From: Chiloscyllium plagiosum
Lineage: Eukaryota
DNA: 64,000 nucleotides
Direction of reading: 5' to 3'
NCBI RefSeq assembly: GCF_004010195.1
Contig: NC_057760.1
Span: 1,734,215 to 1,798,214, forward strand
A program made the translations under genes and the position numbers. How positions within the stretch are numbered: the stretch's first letter is position 1; each line of letters opens with the position of its first letter. The notes below the pieces were generated by a model. The model was not told the DNA's origin. It did no database searches and worked only from the letters and a program-made list of their open reading frames with translations. This document shows positions 1 through 13,039 of the stretch, piece by piece.

Positions 1-291
1 AAATTGACGAAGAAGCTTGTGACTTCAAATAAATCTGTTTGACTATAACCTGGTGTCAAAAAGCAAGTTACTCATCTACACTTAGTGCCAGGGGAAAGTG
101 TGGAGATTGAAACTGAAACAATTTGCCCACTCTCTCCTAAAATCGGGTCACAACAACAGCGCGAGGTCAGGTGGAGTGAGGGTGGTGGGGTGGTGTGGGG
201 TCTCCTGGCTTCCCTCTCCACTGGAAGTGGAGATCCAAAAGACCAGAACACAAAACAAAAAGAGAAACATCCAGCAAAGAGGACAGCTCAC

Positions 292-479
292 CACATCCAC
301 ACGGTTCCTGGCATTAGCAGCCTTCTCACTCTTGGCTTGGTGTAGCATTTCCTGGTAAACCAGGGCAAGGCCATCGACAAGGTTCACCAGCATGGCATTC
401 GGATTGTGGAGTGCCAGCAAGGTCTGTGCCACAACCCCTCGGTCAATGGCATCGTTAATGGCGATCACCGCGGCGTGCA
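292..479 (-). CDS. IQGAP3: IQGAP3 exon 8 (VHAAVIAINDAIDRGVVAQTLLALHNPNAMLVNLVDGLALVYQEMLHQAKSEKAANARNRVDV); gene continues left of the window
   Basis: IQGAP repeat; EKAANARN matches IQGAP3; ctctcag acceptor, gtgagc donor at 291 (weaker in-frame GT at 300 possible). Confidence 0.9.
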
Positions 480-855
480 CTGAGAGTGAAGACAAGAGAG
501 AGAGGGAGGGAGGGAGCACTCAAGTTAAACCAACAGGACAAGCAAACTGCTTGGATCAGTTCACTGAAACACTAGAGACTGGGCTCACCACTATTCCCTC
601 CAACCCAGAGACCAGACTGGCACATGCAGCGTGATACTGACCCATAAAGTCCGGAGAGCTTGGCATTAATGTGGCTCTCCCCAGGGCTGTGTCCAGTTCG
701 ATGTAGTTAATGCTGCGGAGTAAATGTGTCATACTAAGTGCAGGCTAATTGTCTCAGCAATGAGGAGGAATGGCTTCAGGGTTTGGCTTTTGCTTAATTA
801 AAAAAAAAGATGTATACTAAGTTCCACCATTCATGCACGTTAGATGAGGGGGAGA

Positions 856-960
856 GGAGACAGACAGACAGACAGAGACAGACAGACAGAGACAGACAGA
901 CAGACAGACAGACAGAGACAGACAGAGAGAGACAGACAGAGAGAGAGAGACAGACAGAGA
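856..960. repeat. (AGAC/AG)n microsatellite
   Basis: Direct inspection. Confidence 0.95.
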
Positions 961-1128
961 ACAGTAATAGGAGGAGATAGGAATGACTAAATTGTGACAG
1001 CTCAGGCCTCAGGCTGGAAGGGCCAATTCCTGATGAGCCGGTGTGAGAGCGCTGGTGAGGACACCCCAGGAGCTGCTGTTGTTCCTGTTCCTGTTCCCAC
1101 CCCCTCTGCTCCTTCTCCCTTGTATAGA

Positions 1129-1299
1129 CAGAGAGCGAGAGGCAGAGAGCGAGAGGCAGAGAGCGAGAGGCAGAGAGCGAGAGGCAGAGAGCGAGAGGCA
1201 GAGAGCGAGAGGCAGAGAGCGAGAGGCAGAGAGCGAGAGGCAGAGAGCGAGAGGCAGAGAGCGAGAGGCAGAGAGCGAGAGGCAGAGAGCGAGAGGCAG
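1129..1299. repeat. 14-bp tandem repeat (GAGAGCGAGAGGCA), ~12 copies
   Basis: Direct inspection; source of the RQRARGREREAESE ORFs. Confidence 0.95.
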
Positions 1300-1369
1300 A
1301 TGCAGCTGTGTTACGAGAATGTGAATTTTTTGCTCAAGGAACCTCAAGGAAAACCATTGTCAATTGAGA

Positions 1370-2075
1370 TCTATGCACACTGGGTCAGGATTTGACAGTC
1401 AACATCGTTGCTATTACTAAATCACACCCTCCCTACATCCTAGTGGTTGCCCTTGACCAGAAACTGAACTGGACCAGCCTTACAACTAGAAAAGCTACAA
1501 ATGTAGGTAAGAGGCCAGGGTCCCTGCAGCAAGTAACTCACCTTCTGACTCTCCAAAGCCTGTCCACCATTGACAAGACATAAGTCAGAAGTGTGATGGA
1601 ATACTCCCCACTTATCTGGAAGAGTGCAGCTCCATCAACACTCAAGAAGATTGACACCCTGCAGGACAAAGCAGTCTTTTCGATCTGCACCACATCCACC
1701 ACCTTCAACATTCACACTTTCAATCAGCAACACAGTGACAACAGTACCTACCATCTACAGAATACACTTCAGTTGTTCACCAAGGCTCCTCCACCAGCAC
1801 CTTCCAAATCTGGAATTCCTGCCTCCCAGAGGACAAGGGCAGTAGATACACGAGAAGACCAGTCCATGGAAAATCCCCTCCGAGCCACACACCATCCTGA
1901 TTTGGAAATCCATTAGCTGTCCCTTCAGTTTCGCTGTTCAAAGTCCTGGCACTTCCTCCCTAACAGCACCGTGGGTGCTGTTCCTAAACCACATGGGCAT
2001 GGATGCAAGGGCAATCATGGATGGGCAATAAATACACAGCCAGTTAGGGACGCCCATATCCTGTGAAGGAATAAG
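1370..2075 (+). mobile_element. CR1-group LINE 3' fragment (second family, tail ...GGGCAATAAATGCTGGCC); relatives at ~10960-11285(+), 19850-20330(-), 42060-42520(-), 46130-46980(-)
   Basis: MMEYSPLIW..AAPSTLKKIDTLQDKA RT C-terminal motif; shared 3' tail among copies. Confidence 0.75.
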
Positions 2076-3411
2076 AACACCTATGCCTTCCTGAACCAGT
2101 TCCCTGACATCCTGAACTGCATTGCTCCCCAGCAGGGACCTACACCTTCAGAAGAGAAAGGGGGAAGATCAACGCCGAGATTTCAACCAAGCTCGCTTAC
2201 AAACTCCCAAGGTGCGTGTAAACAGTGCAAGTACCACCATGCTAACTGCAATCAATGAGAACCTATCTATTATGTGCAGGCTTCAGAGAATTAATGACAC
2301 AAAGTAAGCAAAAGCGGTTTCAGTAATTTGCAACAAACCGCTGTATAAAATAAATGTCAGACTCCAAGATCAATGACTGCCCCCAGGTTACAGACCTGTT
2401 ACAGGCACGTCAGTCATTCTCAGGACTGGATTAATTTTAATTTGTGGGAACAATTTTGGTCAGTTACAACTTACAGGCTTAGAATGAACTCTCAAGGCCA
2501 TACTTAGAGTCCAACGGCAACATTTGAACATAGTGCCAAATGGGTGCTGGCAACAATACTATTTAATGTTGCTCTTCCACTATAATCCTAGCATACTCCA
2601 CAGTGGTTTTGCTTGGGGAGATGTTACATGTTGGCAGAAAACCAAGAGTTGTAGCAGGACTGGACTGGGAATCAAGAATTCAGTGTTGCCGCAAAGTGGA
2701 ACCGTTTGCTAGCATGAGAGCAAACCCACAGAATTGGGAGAGCAAGGCAGTGAGGAGCAAGTGAAGGTTGATACGAGATGGTGCCTAACTGTTCTCTACC
2801 AGTAAATGCCACTGCTGTGCTTTGTAAAATAACCAACTAGTCATCGAGTCACAGCTGTACAGCACGGGAACAGATCCTTCGGTCCAACTCGTCCATGCCG
2901 ACCAGATATCCTAATCCAATCTAGTCCCATTTAGTAAGAGATCTTGTGACAGAAAATTTGCACGGCAAGGGCTAACCACTGTCATATGTAGACATTACAT
3001 CACAGTAACAGAGCATTTGATCTAGGTAGTCTATGTTGGTAACTCCACTGTACACACAAATGATAACCAAAGTAGAAAGCAATGATAATTTGTGCAGCCC
3101 ACAAGATGCACAGAACCAAGGCTCCTTCAACAGCACCTTCCAAACCGACAATCTCTTGCCCCTAGAAGGGCAAGGCAGCAGACACGCCATGTTCCCATCT
3201 GAGCCCCAAAAGCTATCCCAAATTGGAAATATATCGTCCATTCATTCACTGTCTCTGAAATTTCCTCCTTGAAGGCAGAAGATATTCCTAAACACAGACC
3301 TCAGCAGTTGAAGGGGATGGCTCAGCATTATCTTCTTGCAGGGGCTATGAGGGATTTGCCAGTGATGACCACATATGGTCCTCGCAAATCAGTCCAATAT
3401 TCAAACCTTAC

Positions 3412-3525
3412 CTGCTGCTTCATCAACTGAGAGCTGATTGGCCAGGATGCCTCCAATCTTACTAAAGGCAGGCATCTGGATCCCATATTTCTCCAGCTCG
3501 GTTTTCATGTTATTGATCTCCTCCT
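3412..3525 (-). CDS. IQGAP3: IQGAP3 exon 7 (EEEINNMKTELEKYGIQMPAFSKIGGILANQLSVDEAA)
   Basis: Conserved IQGAP motif; ttacag/gtaagg; 114 bp. Confidence 0.95.
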
Positions 3526-3782
3526 CTGTAAGAGAAGACATGATCGGAACTCAGCAAACCAATCCTAATTACAATGCAGTTCCAACAACACTCGAGACGT
3601 CTGACACAAGTGCTCCCTCTAACTTTCTTACCAGCCACAGGGATACAAGGCCTTCACGCGACTGAAATTTCCAGAATCCTGGAACTCCTAAGCTCCCTCT
3701 GCAACTGCACGGATTATAGCGGTTCAGGAAAGCAGCAATTAGTAAGGGGCATTCCATGCTGGCCTGACCCATATTCTGATAA

Positions 3783-3907
3783 GGTAAAAACAAATGACTG
3801 CAGATGCTGGAAACCAGATTTTGGATTCGTGGTGCTGGAAGAGCACAGCAGTTCAGGCAGCTCCTCAGATGCTGCCTGAACTGCTGTGCTCTTCCAGCAC
3901 CACTAAT
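3783..3907. mobile_element. Palindromic Penelope-terminus-derived element, centre deleted
   Basis: Inverted arms GTGGTGCTGGAAGAGCACAGCAGTTCAGGCAGC; 14-bp TSD CCATATTCTGATAA at 3769-3782 and 3908-3921. Confidence 0.8.
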
Positions 3908-3949
3908 CCATATTCTGATAATAAATTTTGAAAAGAAAAACAACTTCAA

Positions 3950-4545
3950 GGGACTTCAGCAAGACATTCGACAAGTTTCCACATGGTGGACTGGTTAGCA
4001 AGGTTAGATCACATGGGATCCAAGTAGAATTAGCCACTTGGATACAAAATTGGCTTGAGACAGAGTGGAGAGTTGTATTTCAGATTAGAGGCCAGTGACC
4101 AGTGGTGTGTCGCAACGATTGGTACCGGGTCCACTGCTTTTTATCATTTATATAAATGATTTGGATGTGAATATAAAAAGGCACGGTTAATAAGTTTGCA
4201 GATGACACCAAAATTGGTGGTGTAGTGGACAGTGACAATGGGCCAATGAGCCGAGGAGTGGCAGATGGACTTTAGTTTAGATAAATGAGAGGTATTGCAT
4301 TTTGGTAAAGTAAATCAGGGCAGGACTTGTATGGTTAATGGTAGGGACCTGGGGAACAGCTAAACAAAGATCTTGGGGGGTACAGTTACAACATTTAAAA
4401 GGCATCCAGATGGGTACATGAATAAGTAGGGTTAAGAGGGACATGGACCAAATGCTGGCAAATGGGACTAGATTAATTTAGGATAACTAGTCTCTAGTCA
4501 GCATGGATGAGTTGGATTGAAGGGTCTGTTCCCATACTGCATAAC
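3950..4545 (+). mobile_element. CR1/HER1 LINE 3' fragment with internal deletions
   Basis: [12 protein letters not shown] motif; GAAGGGTCTGTT tail. Confidence 0.85.
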
Positions 4546-4547
4546 TA

Positions 4548-4691
4548 CAGAGGAACCTCAATTATCTGGGATTCGATTATCCGGCAAAATCGCAAGGTGC
4601 CCAGTGATCGGCTAAGCTATGTTATCTGGAATTCAATTAACCAAACGAAATACTGCCCGCCCGTGTCCTTCGGATAACTGAGGTTCCTCTG
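4548..4691. mobile_element. Tc1/mariner (pogo/Tigger-like) MITE, 144 bp
   Basis: ~21-bp TIRs CAGAGGAACCTCA(A/G)TTATC(T/C)G flanked by TA on both sides. Confidence 0.85.
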
Positions 4692-5221
4692 TATGAGTAC
4701 TTCAGTGCCTGGGCTGGAGAGTAGGATAAAAATGAGCCAACATTCCTGGTGTTCACTATCCACAATCCCCTGCAACATGTCCCTTCCTTTCTCTTCCACT
4801 CAAATTAGTTACCCTGCTCCCACACACTGCCTGAGCCATTGGGGCAAGATGCCCAGAGAACAAATACCAAATCCCACCAACCTGGACTCAGGTGAAATAC
4901 GGAACAAATATGCACTGAAATAGCACCCTTCCTGACTCCAAGACAGGCCAAGATGCTTCATGGCCAATGAAGTACTTTTAAAAAAAAACAGTAATAGCTG
5001 CCATGTGGTGGCCAACATGAGTATTGCAAGCTCTCACAAACTTCTACAAGACAGACATCTGTGCTGTGGTCCATTAGGGTGACAAGTTGGTCAGAAGTAA
5101 AATTAAAAGCCATTCCACTTCCAACAGCCTACTAGATACCAGAGGAAGAAACACCCTGCTTCAGACCGGTAAATATCAGACATCAGAGGTCCCCTAACCC
5201 CAAATGTAAACCCCATCTTAC

Positions 5222-5289
5222 CTGTAAAATTCACCTTGCCATACAGGTCCTGTATCTGTGGAGCTAGGCCCAGTTTGAACAAGTACAGG
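5222..5289 (-). CDS. IQGAP3: IQGAP3 exon 6 (LYLFKLGLAPQIQDLYGKVNFT)
   Basis: Conserved IQGAP motif; ttacag/gtaag; 68 bp. Confidence 0.95.
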
Positions 5290-5694
5290 CTGTAAAAGGA
5301 AAAGCGAATAAGGAAAATTCAAATTCTTACAAGTCTGAAGCAAATGACTTTGTATTCGTTGCGGGACAAGGGGTCGAGCTGGGCAGTGCTCTTTGGGTCT
5401 TTGGCAGAGGAAGGAAATCAGATAAGAGTTAATCACTTTTAATCAAGAGTTTTTTTGAATCAAGCTCTGGACAATCCAATGCTCTGGTTATTCAAGAACA
5501 ACTTTCAGATTTTAAAGAGGCATGGGACAGCTAAGCAGAACATGTTGATCTCAACAACAAGATAGATGGAAAGAGAGAGACACACAGAGGTGAGGACGAT
5601 AGCCAGGGCATTCCTATAACCAAAACATGGCCAGATGCAGTATATGCAACACTACAACGTGCTCACTAGCACAAAATGAAAGGGAGGATTGTAC

Positions 5695-5771
5695 CTGAAA
5701 GCATGAATGCAATAAACAACACGGGGAATGTTCTTCTTGTCATAGATATCTGTGGTTTCTGGGTAAAATAT
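5695..5771 (-). CDS. IQGAP3: IQGAP3 exon 5 (IFYPETTDIYDKKNIPRVVYCIHAFS)
   Basis: CH-domain C-terminal helix; DKKN.PRVVYCIHA is IQGAP3-like; ttgcag/gtac; 77 bp. Confidence 0.95.
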
Positions 5772-6606
5772 CTGCAAAAGAAATGAGACAGTTAAAGATG
5801 ACTTTCTCACAAGGTGTCAAGGACAAAGAAACTCTTGCAGATATATTTTGCCTTTCACAAGCTCAGAAGATCCTCATTGCACTTCACAGCCGTAGAATGA
5901 GTTTACAATTTAGTCGCTACGGTAGTTGGGTAGTATTTCACTTTGTATTTTAATGGGGAGTGAAACTTGGAGGCACACAATTTCAACCAGGTGTTATGAA
6001 ATAATACAGAGCAGACCAGGCCCTTTGGCCTATCAGGTCTATACAGAGAAAAACTTCTCTAAAATTTACAATAATCCCACTTTCCATTACTTGGATCATA
6101 GACTTGAATGTTGTGACATTTCAAGTACTCTTCCTTTTAAAGGCTGCGAGGTTTCCCACCTCTACTATCTTATGAAGTGCATTCCAGATTCCCACCACCA
6201 AACATTTTCCCTCAAATCCCCTCCAAACCTACCTCCTTTCACCTTAAAATTATGCCCTCTTGTTATCAACCCTTCAATTAAGCTGCGTCCTCACTCTTTG
6301 TGCTGCCTCTGGATGGAAGCTAGGGAATCTTCCAATCAATCGGTGCAAGAGAAGGCCAGCAGAAAGTATACACTGTCGCTGGACTACAATTCTGCCAAGC
6401 AGCACTGTGAGGGAGAACTTTCCCGACCATACCCCACAGCTCATTAGTTTTTTTTTTAAAAAATAAGGCCAGCAGCATCAGGAAGGAGAAAGACTTTGTG
6501 AAGTGGATTTTCTGTCAGAACAAAAAGGGGAAAAACATTGCCCCTCGAATTGCCACTCGGCTAGCGTTTGAGTGGCCATAGTTTGAGTTTTATTTCAGAT
6601 ATCGTA

Positions 6607-6955
6607 AGGGGACACAGTGGCTCACTGTTTAGCACCGCTGACTCACAGCGTCAATGACCCAGGTTCAATTCCAGCCTCAGGCAACTGTCAGTGCAAACGC
6701 CACACAATCTCGTCATGTCCAAGTGGGCTTCCTCTGCATGCTCGGACTTCCTCAGACAGCGCAAAGATGTACAGGTTAGGGTGGACTGGCCATGCTAAAT
6801 TGTCCCATAGCATTCAGGGATGTGTAGGTTAGGTGGGTTAGCAATGGGAAACGCAGGATTACAGGGAAAGGGTTGAGAGGTGGGACTCTTCGGAGGGGCA
6901 GTGCGGATTCGATGGGCTGAGCAGCCTGCTAACACAGTACAGAGATTCGATGTTC
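6607..6955 (+). mobile_element. V-SINE (HE1-like), diverged
   Basis: tRNA-like head, AAAGATGT..AGGTTAGGGTGGA core, CR1-derived tail. Confidence 0.75.
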
Positions 6956-7594
6956 TCTTTCTTTATAAGAGCTGCACAGCAATTACATCTTTGAGTGGCC
7001 AAGATCAACAACATGGATTCCTGTCTGCCCACAGTCTATTTTCATTGATCTCCCAGTATCTGACTAAGTGGTTGCCTGCACGATGAAAAATTTGCCTTCT
7101 TACCTTCGGAGTACTGTAAAAGTACTTTTCTCCTTAGATTTGTAAAGAAATCATTTAGATTTAATTCGTAATACTTACAAATACACAGTCTGCCACACTG
7201 ATGCAGGTGTCAACTTACTTAAGGCTGCTCAAGCAAATGTTCATAGTCTCTTGTGGCATAGTGGTAATGTCTTGGTAATGGCCCAAGTTCAAGTCCTACA
7301 TGCTCCAGAGCTCTCTCATAACATGCCTGAACACGTTGATTAAAAATATCTATGACACTTATTATCATCTCCCTGAGAAACAAAAAGTGTTTTACAAACA
7401 ACAAACCACTTTAATCACTATTATAAGCAAACACAACAGCCTTGATGTTCACACCAAGGTCTCATTAATGGTAAGGGGATAGATGGCCAGTTAAGGTGGC
7501 ACATGTATCCAACACCTGGAAATGAGGATGTTCTAATTATGATAAAACACTCAAAAGATACAGACAGAAATAGAGGAAATGTCCTGTACTCTAC

Positions 7595-7672
7595 CGATGG
7601 GAGTGCGATTTTGGCCAGTGCATTCAGCCAATAGTTGATATTGTCCGTGTGCCGGAAATTCAGCCCCATTGC
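7595..7672 (-). CDS. IQGAP3: IQGAP3 exon 4 (AMGLNFRHTDNINYWLNALAKIALPS)
   Basis: FRHTDNIN.WL motif is closer to IQGAP3 than IQGAP1; ttgcag/gtagag; 78 bp. Confidence 0.95.
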
Positions 7673-8039
7673 CTGCAAGAAGACACAAGTTGAGAAAACA
7701 CTAATATTGTTCACTGGATAAAGTACAAGCAATACACTTTCTAGTTAGAAGTGAAAATTTTCAACCAATCACACACCATAATATTCAACCACCTCATGGC
7801 AGACTCTCCATTTGTACATTTGAATACAAAAGCTACCAATTCACAACGCCCATTTGTCTTGATTTAGCTTATTATAGGGGCATTTGACTGAAGTCCTCTG
7901 TTCAAATCTGGGGGCGCCTTTTGTACAGGCACCTTGACTAAACATGAGCTGCTTTTCAATGTGCTTAAATCAGATTGGGTTCACAGCAGTTAGGGAACGT
8001 TGGGGCATTTTCGCTTGTAGTCAATGGCTTTAACAACTT

Positions 8040-8395
8040 TTGGAGCAGCACAGTGGCTCCGTGGTAAGCACAGCTGCCTCACAACACCAGGGACCCAGGT
8101 TCAATTCCCAACTCAGGCGAACGATTGTGGAATTTGCATGTCCTCCCCATTTCTACATGTATTTCCCCCTGTGTGCTCCAATTTCCTCACACAGTCCAAA
8201 GATGTGCAGGTTAGGTGGATTGGCCATGCTAAATTGCCCCTAGTGTCAAAGGATGTGCAGGCTAGGTGGGTTAGCCGTGGAAAATGCAGGGCTATAGGGA
8301 TAGGGTAGAGGGTGGATCTGGATGGGATGCTCTGAGGATCGATGTGAACTCGAGCTGAATGATGTTTCCACACTGTAAAGATGCTATGATTCTAT
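8040..8395 (+). mobile_element. V-SINE (HE1-like)
   Basis: A/B-box head, V-domain core, CR1-like tail. Confidence 0.85.
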
Positions 8396-9339
8396 TGTTA
8401 CATTTAACTCCCAGGTATTTGACATCTTATTAACAGAATTAGATACCAACAGTGGATCTCAATGTCAAGATAATGAATGCTAGGCTTACATCAACTTCCC
8501 AGATAATTAACTTTTAACGGTTCTATTTCGATCATCTTTTGAGGAAGAGAGTTCCAAAAACTTTCTCCACCCTCGGAGATGAAAACTCATCTCAAATCGT
8601 CTTAAATAAGGATTTCCTTCATTTTTAAATATGGGATGTGGAGTGGAGGTTACAACAAGATCACCCACGATCTCATTACATGGCGGAGCTAGCTCAAGGT
8701 GTCAGTGGTCTACTCCTGCTCCTAACTCATGTTCATTTGTACATAAATTGGGCCTGTTTTGAAGTGCTTGCATCAGGGTGGGGATGGTAGAGAGGATAGA
8801 GAAAGAGAGAAACATGGCACAGACCCTTGTTCTTTAAGAGCTAATAAACATATGCATATCTACAGGCCTCTTGAGATTCATAGGAGTGCAGGAAATGGCA
8901 AAGGAGGAGCCAAAGTGGCTTTGTTGATTTAAGCACAAACCCACAGATTTCTGCAACAGGTCAAGCCAGGAGACATCTGAAGAAGGAACTGAAACACTAT
9001 CATTCTGGAAGGCAGCGAGGTAATTACAAAGCAAGTAAATGGGATTACTTTGTAAGGCACAGGACCGTAGTGAAAAAAGGTATAAAGAGCGAGCCCACAG
9101 AGGTATTGAAGAGTGATCTAATTAGGCACTCAGGTGTCAGGTAAATCAGGCACCCACATGGTCACTGACATCAGGGATCACAAAGAAAATGGTATTGCAG
9201 ACATGCATTAGCTTGTTGTTTAGTTGGGCAATAAAATATACCGTACACAATAAAAACAATATCCAAGTTGCTGAGTGCCATTGGTACTCAGAGTAGAGTT
9301 CATTAGACTAATTGGAGAGTATTACAGTATTCACCAAAC

Positions 9340-9496
9340 CTTGTACTTCAGCTGCTCTGGGTCGTAGATTTTTCTCTTTGGGACAATCTCTGGTGCAAAG
9401 CGATGGCCTAGTTTAGCCAAAATCACTCCGTTCCTCAGACTTTCCTCTAGTTCAGTAGTTGGTGGGAGTTCCTCATCTAGGCAGGCCTCCATCCAT
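9340..9496 (-). CDS. IQGAP3: IQGAP3 exon 3, CH domain (WMEACLDEELPPTTELEESLRNGVILAKLGHRFAPEIVPKRKIYDPEQLKYK)
   Basis: Hand translation; ttttag acceptor, gt donor; 157 bp, phase-consistent. Confidence 0.95.
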
Positions 9497-11420
9497 CTAA
9501 AAGCATACCAGCAGAGTACACAGACACAGGGTTAGCAGATAGGAGACAAGTCTACTATTGACTATTCCACAGCAAATTGAGGGGTAGGGGAGTGACGTAA
9601 GGGTAGCTGATCTAACAGATCCATGAATTGCCCAGCCTTTTCCTCAAGGCTTGTGCTGAAAATGGTTCAATTTTAGAAAGCTTTCTACGGCAGTGCTTCT
9701 CAGAGCTTTCCTACAGATCATGTGCATTTGGGGTGCTCACATCACAAACAAGGCAGGAGTAAGGAACTGGGAATAGGTTTTGTTCTTGCCAATGGCCCCT
9801 AATCCTGAAAGCAGACACAGGTTGAGCCTCAGCTCCAATGCATGCCCATCCTCCATTCCAGAGGCCAATCTACAAATTCGGAAGAAAGAAAAAAAGGGTT
9901 AGGGGCCAATCACAGTTAAATCAGATTCTGGTCATTTAGCCCCATGAGGCCACACAAGCTGTACAATAGATCACAGCTTGCTGCCCTTACTTAAACAATT
10001 ATTGATTCCAGGTAATTGATTCTGCTTTTGCTGGTGGGCGGGGAGAAAAATTATCAAGTTGAAGGGGGAACCTGGTATTTTGTGCATAAATACTGGACCC
10101 AACAGAGGCTGCAGGCAGACAGATCGGCATATAACACAATTACTTTTTTTTTCAAACATTAAAATACCTTCATTTCTAAAGTTCCTTTCAATACCACAAA
10201 ATCCCAAAAGGTACATTAGAACCAATGGAGGACAGTTCAAATGTCGTCACTGTTGTAACATAGGAAACAATGCAGCCAATTTGCAAACATCAAGTTTCTA
10301 CATACAGAAATGAGTGTTTCCAGTGTTGCCCTGGGACACAGAGCAGGCTACCCACTCTTTAATAATACTGTGCGACAATTTTCATCCACCTATTGGAGTA
10401 GATAGGATCTCAGTTTCACATCGCACCCAAAAGATAGCACCTCCAACAGTAAGGATGGAAAACACAATTAGTGATAGACAGGTAGGGGGCTGGAAGAACA
10501 CAGCAAGCTAGCCAGCATCAGGAGGAACAGTCAACGTTTCTGGTGTAACCCTTCTTTCACAGGCTGTCTGTGTGGATTATTTGCTAAAGCCCTTAGGTGG
10601 GAGCTAAATCCACAATCTTCTAACACGGAGACAGGAGCATGTTTCCATTAGGCAAGAGTGACACTGTGGATGTTCTTTAATTAACCTTCTCTGGCATGTA
10701 AGGAAACATCTTTGGAGAAGACAAGAACTGAAACTTCTGACCCAGAGGTAGGGACACTACTGCTCTGTCACAAGACCCTTTTCACAGCATTATTGTTGGG
10801 CTCTTGATTACTAGCTCTGGGACATTATCACCTTCCCAAAGTGGACCCTGTATACTGGGAGTGAAAATTCTCCAGCAGGGTGCAGGCTTGTATCATCACA
10901 ACATCCTTAGAAAGAAGTGTACCTTGCAGAAATAGGCAAAATGGGAAGTAGAGTCATAGACATTCACCAAGGATCCTTAGATAGCACCTGTCAGACCCAC
11001 GACCACTTCCATCTAGAAGAACAAGGGCAGCAGGTACTTGGGAAAACCACCTGCAAGACCCGCTCCAAGCCACTCATCACCCTAACTTGGAAATATACCA
11101 CTGTTTCTTCACAGTCATTGGGTCAAAACCTTGGAATTCCCTCCCTGCCGGCATTGTGGGTCACCCCACAACAAATGGACAGCAGCAATTCAAGAAGGCA
11201 GCTCACCATCACCTTCTCAAGGGCAAATAGGCATAGGCTATCAATGTTGGCCAGCCAGTGACGCCCAAGTCCCACAAATGATTTTTTTAACATTTTGTTT
11301 AAAAAGTCATATTTATCAGCTTATGACCTACTTATCTATTTCTTTAGCATGCTTTGTTCTAACTTATGGCCTACAACTCGGGTTGACAAGGATTGAACCC
11401 ACAGCAGGAAGACACCTTAC

Positions 11421-11520
11421 CGTTTCGCCTCCTCCAAGTGACAGAGGTACTCGTAGGCAATGTGCTGCCGTCTACGCTCGTCCATCTCCTCTGCGGTGAG
11501 GCGTCCAGTCTCCACAGCAT
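11421..11520 (-). CDS. IQGAP3: IQGAP3 exon 2 ([33 protein letters not shown])
   Basis: Hallmark IQGAP N-terminal motif [26 protein letters not shown]; tttgatag acceptor, gtaagg donor; 100 bp. Confidence 0.95.
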
Positions 11521-11580
11521 CTATCAAAAGGCAGAGATCCAAAAATTCACTCTGACAGAAACGCACCAACAACAACCCAA

Positions 11581-12145
11581 GTACAGGACACTGGTTAGGC
11601 CACTGCTGGAATATTGCGTGCAATTCTGGTCTCCTTCCTATCAGAAAGATGTTGTGAAACTTGAAAGGGTTCAGAAAAGATTTACAAGGATGTTGCCAGG
11701 GTTGGAGGATTTGAGCTACAGGGAGAGGCTGAACAGGCTGGGGTTGGTTTCCCTGGAACGTCGGAGGCTGAGAGGTGACCTTAGAGGTTTATAAAATAAT
11801 GAGGGGCATGGATAGGGTAAATAGACAAAGTCTTTTCCCTGGGGTGGGGAGTCCAGAACTTGAGGGCATAGGTTTAGGGTGAGAGGGAAAAGATATAAAA
11901 GAGACCCAAGGGGCAACCTTTTCACACACAGGGTGGTACATTATGGAATGAGCTGCCAGAGGATGTGGTGGAGGCTGGTACAATTGCAACATTTAAGCGG
12001 TATTTGGATGGGTATATGAATAGGAAGGGTTTGGAGGGATATGGACTGGGTGCTGGCAGGTGGGACTAGATTGGGTTGGGATATCTGGTCGGCATGGACG
12101 GGTTGGACCAAAGGGTCTGTTCCCGTGCTGTACATCTCTATGACT
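11581..12145 (+). mobile_element. CR1/HER1 LINE 3' end, ~60 bp from the IQGAP3 exon 2 acceptor
   Basis: [18 protein letters not shown]...[15 protein letters not shown]. Confidence 0.9.
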
Positions 12146-12194
12146 AAGTGATTAAAAACTCAAATCTCAGGACACGCACTCAAAGAAAACACAA

Positions 12195-12715
12195 TAAAAA
12201 ATTGCATTTATATAGCACCTTCCATGAACACATTCCATTATTCTTACCTTTTGGAAGCATGTTGTAGTAATATGGAAGTCAACCTGCATACAGAAGATTC
12301 CCATAGACAACAATGTGACAATAACCCAGATTATCTGTTTGAATGCTGAACTGGGCATGACCATTGGCCCAAGACACTGGATAGGATTCATCCTTTTTCC
12401 CCACCCAAATGCACCATGTGACTTCTTTTTGACACTCAACTGAGACAGCAAAGGCCGCAGATTAAGGGCTCGTCTGATAAAGGTAACACCTCTGACAGCA
12501 CAGGGTTTCCCCCAGTGCCAATCAATCAATCATACTGCATTCCTTCAGTACTGTCCCTCCAGCAGTACGGCCCTCCTCCAGGGCCAATGCAGAGGCCAGC
12601 ACTGATTCCCTCCATAGTGAGCCTGTGAATCCACCCTCCCTCAATACTGACCAGCACCACCACCATCCCCACTCCCTTTGCACTTTGCTACACTTGAACG
12701 TGGAACTCAATAAGG
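12195..12715 (-). mobile_element. DeuSINE/SacSINE1-like remnant (similar remnants ~4920-5070, 5830-6000, 10200-10640, 47000-47300)
   Basis: TTGCATTTATATAGCACCTT tail and CACCTCTGACAG core resemble the reverse complement of shark DeuSINE as I recall it. Confidence 0.55.
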
Positions 12716-13039
12716 ATTAAAAGCAATTGCCTCCTCTCCCTCCTGTTTTGAAGAGTCAGACTTCTTTAATAATTTTTGAAAGAATGTAAACAGGACAAAT
12801 TTGGGGTCTGTTTTAAGGTTCTAACATCCTTCAAAGGATTCCTTGGGAGAAAGAAACACAGCCATTTGCACAAGTTCTAGTGTGAAAGGTCAAACAAGAG
12901 AAGTTAACATCCGATCATTTCTGCATAGTGGAAAGCATCATCCACTGAGGTCTCTGGAAGATGGAACAGAGAAAGTGAGAAAATAACTGATTTTTAAAAT
13001 CAGATGTTTAGATACCTAAAGTGAACTGCTGAAATTATT

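Noticed and set aside
994..1395. Arg/Glu-rich repeat ORFs
   Set aside because: 14-bp simple repeat in an IQGAP3 intron
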